Positions 40,750-47,694 of a DNA stretch of 64,000 nt are shown here, piece by piece. The stretch lies in the NCBI GenBank assembly GCA_902526165.1, contig CABZKA010000002.1, forward strand, positions 29,871 to 93,870, written 5' to 3'. The notes beneath the pieces were generated by a model. That model saw nothing but the letters and a program-made list of their open reading frames with translations, searched no databases and was not told where the DNA came from. The stretch is from an uncultured Bacteroidota bacterium (GTDB lineage Bacteria; Bacteroidota; Bacteroidia; Flavobacteriales; Flavobacteriaceae). Numbering within the stretch: position 1 is the stretch's first letter; each line of letters begins with the position of its first letter. Both the position numbers and the translations under genes were made by a program.

Positions 40750-41622
40750 ATGACTGAAAAAATAAATATTATTTTCGGAAAGGTATTTTCAGAGGAAAAT
40801 TTAGGAAAATTTGAAAAACTTATTTTATTTCTAGCTACAAGCGGATTTATAATTCATTTACTTCTTATTTTACTAAACAATAAGGGCTATATAGACCTGT
40901 CTTTTTTCAATGATAGTTTGTTTGTAAATCCCATTTCAGCTATTTATACTCCTTTTTCATTTATATTGATATATGAAGCTTTTTTATTGATTTATTATCT
41001 ACCAAGATCATTCACTACTTCAATAGCAAAGCAGTTCGAAATTATGTCACTTATATTAATTCGAAAAATATTTAAAGATATTCCTGAAGTAGACCTTTCT
41101 GATAATTGGATTTTAAATGAAAATAATCTTCAATTAATTTACGACCTCATTGGTGTTCTTATTGTTTTTTATCTAATTTATCTTTTTAAAAAACTCAAAG
41201 AAAATTTACCTCAACTTCCTGTACACACAAATTTGGAACGTTTTCTTGGATACAAGAAATTAATTAGTCTTCTATTAATTCCTACACTAATTTTACTTTG
41301 CATTTTTAGCTTTTTGGATTGGTATGGGGCTGTATTTATTGGTGGAGAAAACTCACCAAACATTGATTATTTATTTTTTGTTGAATTTTTTGGAATATTA
41401 ATTTTGGTTGATGTATTTATTCTACTTATTTCTTTTCAATACACGGAAAGATACTCACAACTGGTTAGAAATACCGGTTTTATTATATCAACGATACTTC
41501 TAAGATTGTCATTTAATGCAGTTGGGTTAACTAGCATAATCTTACTAATAAGCGGTATAATTTTCGGATTGATTATTCTTTACATTTATAACAAAATGGA
41601 AAGAACATCACTAGTCACATGA
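40750..41622 (+). CDS. Multi-pass membrane protein, unknown function
   Basis: 290 aa with about 6-7 hydrophobic helices. I recognise no family. Confidence 0.55.
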   Translation: MTEKINIIFGKVFSEENLGKFEKLILFLATSGFIIHLLLILLNNKGYIDLSFFNDSLFVNPISAIYTPFSFILIYEAFLLIYYLPRSFTTSIAKQFEIMSLILIRKIFKDIPEVDLSDNWILNENNLQLIYDLIGVLIVFYLIYLFKKLKENLPQLPVHTNLERFLGYKKLISLLLIPTLILLCIFSFLDWYGAVFIGGENSPNIDYLFFVEFFGILILVDVFILLISFQYTERYSQLVRNTGFIISTILLRLSFNAVGLTSIILLISGIIFGLIILYIYNKMERTSLVT

Positions 41623-42180
41623 GCCTGAACTGTAACTGAGGAGTCCTGAACATTCAGCTAAAGTTGAATTATTATAAGAAAAACCATCACAACCACAAAC
41701 AGGATCTACAACAGTAGGTGCAATGCAATTTTTATTAACCTTCGTTAAATCAATACATCCATCAAAGTATTTAGTGATAAATTGATCATTCTCTTGAGAT
41801 CCGTAAGACATGTCACTAATTTCAGAGATAGCAGCTCTGATGAGTTCAACTGAATCAGATGTATCAGGCATTGTAAAAGTAGATCTGTCCATACTAATTA
41901 ATTCGTTTTTGTCGGAGTTAAGATCAATAGCTGTGTAAAAATAATATCTTAAGACATAACCAATACTGATTTCTAAATTTCCATAATTTTTATCAAAAAC
42001 TGCTGGATCAGAAATTGTTGTTTTTAAAATTCGATAAGGCTGGTTAAAACTTGAGTTAGTACGAAGAGCTGGCAACTCAATTATGTTAGACATATTTTGG
42101 TCTCTATCATTATCGTTGGGGTATTCTTCTGAACAAGAAATTGAGTTAAAAAGAATTATCATAACAAAAAAATTTTTCAT
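41611..42180 (-). CDS. Secreted protein with C-terminal Kazal-like domain
   Basis: 189 aa. Signal/lipoprotein-like N-terminus (MKNFFVMIILFNSISC). C-terminal six-Cys module C-x9-C-x8-VCGCDGFSYNN-x5-C-x10-C. Confidence 0.55.
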   Translation of the reverse strand: MKNFFVMIILFNSISCSEEYPNDNDRDQNMSNIIELPALRTNSSFNQPYRILKTTISDPAVFDKNYGNLEISIGYVLRYYFYTAIDLNSDKNELISMDRSTFTMPDTSDSVELIRAAISEISDMSYGSQENDQFITKYFDGCIDLTKVNKNCIAPTVVDPVCGCDGFSYNNSTLAECSGLLSYSSGSCD

Positions 42181-42218
42181 AATTCTAATTGTTCAAGTAT
42201 TATGCCATATAATTTTTC

Positions 42219-42959
42219 TCAGGCATAAGTACTATAACTTGGATTAATGGGCGATATAATTTCAAAAAGTTTTACTTTTTCTAATACTTTAATTTGGAAA
42301 TAGTTTTCTAATTCAGCAGTAAAAAAAGTTCCCGCAGAGCATTCAGTTCCATTAAAAGACATTGTTCCATCCATCAAAAATATAGAATGAATATAACCTT
42401 CATTAATGTCAATTAGATGGTCTCCAATTCCTAAAAGATGTTCATTTACACTAACTCCTTCAGAACCAATTTGAACTGGTGAATTACTACCAATTATATT
42501 TTTTACAACCTTATTTTTAATGAAGCTTACAGGAAATTCGGTTGATTTATAATCATTGTAAGACGCTTCCTTGGTTAAAGTTTTTGAAAGATCAGGGTCA
42601 AACCAAATTTGAAAAATTTCTGTGCTATCACATATTTCTTCAGAATGAGATATTCCACTGCCAGATCTGATTACCTGAATATCTCCTTGCTCCAATGGAA
42701 TCCATTTATTTTGTTTAGTATCATAATGGTTTATTTTTCCCTTCAAAACAAAACTACATATTTCGAAACCTCTGTGAGGATGCAATCCAATTGTACTTTT
42801 TTCATGAGTTGTCCATGCGTGGGCCCAATAGAAAATATTTGAATAAGGCTTTAATTCGCCTCCGTCATTAGGGAAACCAATCGGTTTTTTTTCAAGAATT
42901 TCACCGTTATTGAAACTTCCGCTTGCTTGATCACTTTTTTTATAAATACGAATACCCAC
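42219..42959 (-). CDS. Pirin-family protein
   Basis: 246 aa. HPHRGFE metal-binding motif and bicupin length. Confidence 0.9.
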   Translation of the reverse strand: MGIRIYKKSDQASGSFNNGEILEKKPIGFPNDGGELKPYSNIFYWAHAWTTHEKSTIGLHPHRGFEICSFVLKGKINHYDTKQNKWIPLEQGDIQVIRSGSGISHSEEICDSTEIFQIWFDPDLSKTLTKEASYNDYKSTEFPVSFIKNKVVKNIIGSNSPVQIGSEGVSVNEHLLGIGDHLIDINEGYIHSIFLMDGTMSFNGTECSAGTFFTAELENYFQIKVLEKVKLFEIISPINPSYSTYA

Positions 42960-42962
42960 TAA

Positions 42963-43496
42963 TTATATTTTTGAAATAAATTCGTTGAGCTTTGATTCAA
43001 AACTTATTTTTAGAACAGGGTTCGTTATTCCATTAATATCATCAAAACTTTCATAGAAATTTGGTAGTGAAAAAGTTGAAATATGATTATCATTTCTTCT
43101 TGATATTCTGGAAAATGCTGCTTCAAGCACTATTACTGCTCCATTACCACCGGTTGATGTTGCCAATAAAAACATGGGTTTATTGTGCCATATGTTTTTA
43201 TCAATTCTTGAGATCCAATCAAAAATATTTTTAAAAGCTGAGGTGTAAGACGCATTGTGCTCTGCAAAAGAAATTACAACAGCATCAGAATTTTTAAAAT
43301 GCTCTTTAAACCTGTAAGCTAACTCTGGTATACCATTTTCTTCTTCTTTATCTATGCTGTATATTGGCATTTCATAATCATTTAAATCAATGACATTTAT
43401 TTCTGCATTGGGTATGCAATTAGCAACATAAATAGCAAATTTTTTATTTATTGATTTTTTTGAGGAGCTTGCTCCAAATGCCAGGACTTTGCTCAT
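42963..43496 (-). CDS. NADPH-dependent FMN reductase-family flavoprotein
   Basis: 177 aa. N-terminal VLAFGASSSKKSINK and a flavodoxin-like layout. Confidence 0.78.
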   Translation of the reverse strand: MSKVLAFGASSSKKSINKKFAIYVANCIPNAEINVIDLNDYEMPIYSIDKEEENGIPELAYRFKEHFKNSDAVVISFAEHNASYTSAFKNIFDWISRIDKNIWHNKPMFLLATSTGGNGAVIVLEAAFSRISRRNDNHISTFSLPNFYESFDDINGITNPVLKISFESKLNEFISKI

Positions 43497-43582
43497 TATT
43501 TTTTATTATGTGAGCCATCACAATATCCATTGGGGTTAGATGTATTACCACATCCACACAAAGGTCTATCAATTAGTTTCAT
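43496..43582 (-). CDS. 28-aa CDGSH-type iron-sulfur mini-protein
   Basis: Hand translation: MKLIDRPLCGCGNTSNPNGYCDGSHNKK. It has C-x-C ... C-D-G-S-H ligands. Its TAA overlaps the ATG of the FMN reductase gene (TAATG). Below the ORF-track cutoff. Confidence 0.55.
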   Translation of the reverse strand: MKLIDRPLCGCGNTSNPNGYCDGSHNKK

Positions 43583-43620
43583 ATAAATTTTTATTATCAA
43601 ATTTTCAAATAATATGCCAT

Positions 43621-43959
43621 CTAATCCTCAAATTCAAATAAAAACTGTATTTCTTCAGACTCAAAATCGATTGAATCATCTAATTTCTTTAGCTCAGCAA
43701 CTAAAAATTTCATAATTTTTTTATTACATCCCTCGAAATTTTTAATTTTTTTTAAGCTGTCAATAATAAAGATTTTACTTTCATTTTTTTTACACGAATT
43801 CAGTAAGTCGTCGATATGATCATTAAAAAAATTAATTTGATCCCTATAACATTCTTTGATCAGATCTAGTGTTTCTAAACTTTTTGACCTCCTTCTAAAA
43901 GATTTAAAATAAAATATTTTAAGTTCTTTAGAAATTATATTAGAAAGGATTTTAGTCAA
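43621..43959 (-). CDS. Hypothetical cytoplasmic protein
   Basis: 112 aa, helical and charged composition. I recognise no family. Confidence 0.45.
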   Translation of the reverse strand: MTKILSNIISKELKIFYFKSFRRRSKSLETLDLIKECYRDQINFFNDHIDDLLNSCKKNESKIFIIDSLKKIKNFEGCNKKIMKFLVAELKKLDDSIDFESEEIQFLFEFED

Positions 43960-44035
43960 TACTTTATTTTTTACTGCTATAAAAATAATTTGATTTTAAA
44001 TAAAATGGTTTATGTTTTGATTATTTTAATTTGTA

Positions 44036-44353
44036 ATGCATATATATAATATAACTTTTATTGTTGAGGAAGAAATCGAAAAAAGCTGGATAGAGCACGT
44101 TGATATGGTTTTACTACCAGAAATTTCAAAAAATGTCAATCAAGTTGATTTACTCAAAGTTACTTTTGAAGAAAGCCCAAGCAATATGAAGGGAGCTACA
44201 TTTACAGTTCAATTTTACTGTTCTGATGAAAGTATGATAAGTTGGGTTAAAGAAATTGGACATCAAATGTTATTACAAAGGCTATATAGAAAATTTCCTA
44301 AAAACTGGGTGACATTTGCCTCCAGATTAGATTTCATAAAATCTTACAAATAA
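44036..44353 (+). CDS. DUF4286-like protein
   Basis: 105 aa. The N-terminus MHIYNITFIVEEEIEKSWIEHV resembles the Bacteroidota DUF4286 family. Confidence 0.5.
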   Translation: MHIYNITFIVEEEIEKSWIEHVDMVLLPEISKNVNQVDLLKVTFEESPSNMKGATFTVQFYCSDESMISWVKEIGHQMLLQRLYRKFPKNWVTFASRLDFIKSYK

Positions 44354-44385
44354 TATTGGCACATGTTTTGAGCAATTTATAGATA

Positions 44386-44997
44386 ATGAAGAATTTAGTT
44401 GTAATTGGCCATCCTGATAAAAATTCTTTTTGTTATAGTGGTATTTTTAAAACTATCTGCACGGAAATTTCTTCCAAAAAAGAAGAATTAGAAATTATTG
44501 ACCTTTATCGTGACCCTTTTACTAGACCTCGTGTTAATGTAATTAAAAAATATAAGGAATTAGTAACGTGGTGTGATAGAATTTATATAGTTTCACCTGT
44601 TTGGTGGTTTAGATTAACACCAAGAATGGAAATTTTTTTCGATGAAGTATTTGAGCCTGGATTTGCTTACAAGTTTGTAAACATCACCAAGACATATGCC
44701 TATCCCGTCCCATTTCTAAAAAGTAAAAAAGTTAGGACATATGTAACACACGGTGCACCAGCCTTACCAGTCTTAACATTGTATGTTAACTCAGTGAAGC
44801 TGAGACTTGTTATGGGTGTTTATACTTTTGTTTTTGGTTGGAGATTGTCACTCTTTACTAAAACAAAACAATTCTGGTCGGTTCCTTTTGTTTCAGATAA
44901 AAAAAGAAAGAAATACCTAAGAACTGTCCAAAAAGATATACAAAGAGATTTGAGGCGATCAATAAAATCTCAAAAAGAAGTATTATCTTCACTGTAA
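44386..44997 (+). CDS. Flavodoxin-like fold NAD(P)H dehydrogenase (quinone)-type protein
   Basis: 203 aa. MKNLVVIGHPDKNSF start and SPVWWFRLTPRMEIFFDEVFEPGFAY block, typical of the Flavodoxin_2 (MdaB/KefF-like) family. Confidence 0.7.
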   Translation: MKNLVVIGHPDKNSFCYSGIFKTICTEISSKKEELEIIDLYRDPFTRPRVNVIKKYKELVTWCDRIYIVSPVWWFRLTPRMEIFFDEVFEPGFAYKFVNITKTYAYPVPFLKSKKVRTYVTHGAPALPVLTLYVNSVKLRLVMGVYTFVFGWRLSLFTKTKQFWSVPFVSDKKRKKYLRTVQKDIQRDLRRSIKSQKEVLSSL

Positions 44998-45007
44998 CAA
45001 CAAATCA

Positions 45008-45448
45008 ATGTATAATTTCAATACCAATGACTACTTAGTCAGAATACCTCTTTTTATAATTTTTTTTTGGTTTGGATTTTTGAAAATTATTAATTTATCT
45101 CCAGCTCAGCAACTTGTAATTGATACTGTATATTGGATGCCTTTTCTTGATGCTGCAACTTGGACAATAATTATTGGTGTATGGGAAGTCTTTATTGCAG
45201 TCTTTTTCTTATTTAAAAGAACAACTTTAATCGCTATGGTTTTTCTCTTTCTTCAAATGACAGGCACTTTTTTGCCGCTTGTAATACTTCCTGAAGTCAC
45301 ATTCCAAAATTCTAATCCTTTTTTACCAACATTAGAGGGGCAATACATTATAAAAAATATAATCATTATAACCGCTGCTTTAATAATTGGTGGTACACAA
45401 TTGAAAGTAGGAATATTGAACAAACTGTTCCAAAAAGATGGGTTATAA
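45008..45448 (+). CDS. Four-TM membrane protein (DoxX/DUF417-like, tentative)
   Basis: 146 aa with four hydrophobic helices. The family assignment is only a resemblance. Confidence 0.5.
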   Translation: MYNFNTNDYLVRIPLFIIFFWFGFLKIINLSPAQQLVIDTVYWMPFLDAATWTIIIGVWEVFIAVFFLFKRTTLIAMVFLFLQMTGTFLPLVILPEVTFQNSNPFLPTLEGQYIIKNIIIITAALIIGGTQLKVGILNKLFQKDGL

Positions 45449-45539
45449 AAGCGAAATATTTATCTATGTTTGGCTAGCCTTGGTTGTTGTATTGATTAGT
45501 TTGGAAGTTTATAAAAAGTTTAAAAAAACTAGAAATTAG
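45438..45539 (+). CDS. Possible 33-aa single-TM peptide
   Basis: Hand translation: MGYKSEIFIYVWLALVVVLISLEVYKKFKKTRN. The ATG overlaps the end of the preceding gene by 11 nt. Supported by coding potential only. Confidence 0.25.
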   Translation: MGYKSEIFIYVWLALVVVLISLEVYKKFKKTRN

Positions 45540-45570
45540 GTTTTGCATAGTTTTTGCTTAATTTTATTAA

Positions 45571-45762
45571 ATGAGTACATTTTTTTTAAAATATTACCCA
45601 ATCATACTAGCCTTTATATCTTTTTTATTTTCTGTTTTTCTATGGTTTAGCGGCGATAAACTTAGTGGAATTTTTGTTGGAATTTGGGTTCCATCCATTC
45701 TTGCTCTATCAATTGCAATAAGACAAAGAAGAAATGATGATAAAAAATTAGGAAATGGATGA
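45571..45762 (+). CDS. 63-aa two-TM protein, LWFSG...WVPSILA family (module copy B, gene 1)
   Basis: Track ORF: MSTFFLKYYPIILAFISFLFSVFLWFSGDKLSGIFVGIWVPSILALSIAIRQRRNDDKKLGNG. Paralogue of 40482-40655. Confidence 0.6.
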   Translation: MSTFFLKYYPIILAFISFLFSVFLWFSGDKLSGIFVGIWVPSILALSIAIRQRRNDDKKLGNG

Positions 45763-45892
45763 TAAAGTAATTTTTATTGTAGGTCTTGTGATATTTTGCC
45801 TTTATTTGATTGGCTTTTTATCAGTTATTTACAGTCAAAATAAGATACAAGATGAGGAGTTAAAAAATGATCCAGAAATGAAGAATAATTAA
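45755..45892 (+). CDS. 45-aa single-TM protein with charged tail (module copy B, gene 2)
   Basis: Hand translation: MDDKVIFIVGLVIFCLYLIGFLSVIYSQNKIQDEELKNDPEMKNN. The ATG overlaps the stop of the previous gene (ATGGATGA). Confidence 0.35.
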   Translation: MDDKVIFIVGLVIFCLYLIGFLSVIYSQNKIQDEELKNDPEMKNN

Positions 45893-47661
45893 GGATTGAA
45901 GTTCATGGCTGTTTCTATCAATGCCAAGTGAGAGTACGCCTGAGGAAAATTCCCTAGCATTTTTTTTGTTTTAAAATCCAAATCTTCACTAAATAGCCCT
46001 AGATGATTTGAGTTTGAAAGTAATTGATCGAAAAGACGTTTAGCTTTACTTTCCTCTCCAATTTTAAAAAGACTATTTATGTACCAAAAAGTACAAACGG
46101 TAAAAGATGATTTAGGCTCCCCAAAATCATCATTATTTTTATATCTAAATAATAAACCATCATAAAGAAGTTCTTTTTCAATTGCTTTAACGGTGTCAAT
46201 GTACTTAGGGTCTTTACTTTCAATAAAACCGTAGGACTCCATTAAAAGGACAGATGCATCTAAAAAATCAGAACCATAAGATTGAGAAAAGGCTTTAATT
46301 TTAGGATTCCACGCATTGGATAAAATATCATTTTTTATTTCATCTCTAAGTGGTATCCATCTGTCTGTTTTTCTCCCTTTTTTAATCAAATTTGATATTT
46401 TTATAGCCCTGTCAATAGCTACCCAGCACAGCAACTTTGAAAAGGTAAAGTGTTGATCTTCATTTCTAAACTCCCAAATTCCTTTGTCTGGTTTTTTCCA
46501 ATTTTTTTCTACAACCCAAACAACAGACTTTACAATTGACCATAGTTGTTCGTACTTGTAATTTTCTTCTTTGAACTTTTCAATCTGAAAATGAATTACA
46601 TCGACCAAAATTCCATATATATCATTTTGTTTCTGAATATAAGCCGCATTACCTACTCTCACAGGTTTAGAGTTTTTATAGCCTGACAAGTGATCTAGCT
46701 TTTTTTCAGTTAAAATTTTTTGTCCGTCAATTCCGTACATGATTTGTAGCTTTTCATTTTTATTTGGAATCAAATTAACTATGAAGTCAATAAAATTTTT
46801 TACAATTCTTTCGTGTCCAAGTTTAGCAATGATCTTAATGACCATCGACGCATCTCTTATCCAGCAAAACCTATAATCCCAATTTCTTACCTCACCAATA
46901 GTTTCGGGAATTGAGGTGGTGGCAGCAGCAAGTACAGCACCTGTTTTTTCAAAGGTTAACAACTTTAAAGTAATTGCACTTCTTTTTACCTCATCATTAT
47001 ATAGTTTATATTTAGGACCTTTTTTACACCAGTTTATCCAATATTCTTTTGTTTTTTCAAGTTCTAGATTTGATTTTTCTAGATTTGGAACATCAATTTT
47101 TTCATTATAAGATAGGTTCAAATATACAGGTTCAGCCAATTCAAATTCTTTATTTTCTAAAATTTTATTCTTTTCAATATCTGTATATAGAAATAATGTT
47201 TCATAACTAGCTTCTTCAAATACACTGACTATAAAATCTTCTTTTTTATAAGTTTTTGTTTTACCATTTGCATATTCTAAGGTAGGATTATATAATACCT
47301 TAATTTTTGGTAATCCTCTGAGGGGTCGAATCATTCGCTGAAGTTCTGGGGGATTATAAAAATTCTTATCATCCAGCTTAAATCTTGTCATAAAGTCTAA
47401 CACTTCAAATTCATTCTCGTTATTTCTAAAGTTGGTCTTGAGAATAGCAGTATTATTTAAATAATGTTGGGTAATTATATAGCTTTTATCAACCTCAATT
47501 TTAAAACTTCCTCCAATTTTTTCGTCAATTATTTTGCAAAAAACCGCTGAAGAATCAAATTGCGGCAAACAACACCAGTCTATTGAAGAATCCTTATTTA
47601 TTAATGCCGAAGATTTACAATTTCCTATAATTCCGTAATTTAAGCCCTTGTCCTCAATCAT
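45889..47661 (-). CDS. Glycoside hydrolase family 15 (glucoamylase/trehalase-like)
   Basis: 590 aa. N-terminal YGIIGNCKSSALINKDSSIDWCCLPQFDS and central RNWDYRFCWIRDAS blocks typical of bacterial GH15. Confidence 0.86.
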   Translation of the reverse strand: MIEDKGLNYGIIGNCKSSALINKDSSIDWCCLPQFDSSAVFCKIIDEKIGGSFKIEVDKSYIITQHYLNNTAILKTNFRNNENEFEVLDFMTRFKLDDKNFYNPPELQRMIRPLRGLPKIKVLYNPTLEYANGKTKTYKKEDFIVSVFEEASYETLFLYTDIEKNKILENKEFELAEPVYLNLSYNEKIDVPNLEKSNLELEKTKEYWINWCKKGPKYKLYNDEVKRSAITLKLLTFEKTGAVLAAATTSIPETIGEVRNWDYRFCWIRDASMVIKIIAKLGHERIVKNFIDFIVNLIPNKNEKLQIMYGIDGQKILTEKKLDHLSGYKNSKPVRVGNAAYIQKQNDIYGILVDVIHFQIEKFKEENYKYEQLWSIVKSVVWVVEKNWKKPDKGIWEFRNEDQHFTFSKLLCWVAIDRAIKISNLIKKGRKTDRWIPLRDEIKNDILSNAWNPKIKAFSQSYGSDFLDASVLLMESYGFIESKDPKYIDTVKAIEKELLYDGLLFRYKNNDDFGEPKSSFTVCTFWYINSLFKIGEESKAKRLFDQLLSNSNHLGLFSEDLDFKTKKMLGNFPQAYSHLALIETAMNFNP

Positions 47662-47694
47662 TATTTTACATTTTTATAAATTCGCAATTGAATT

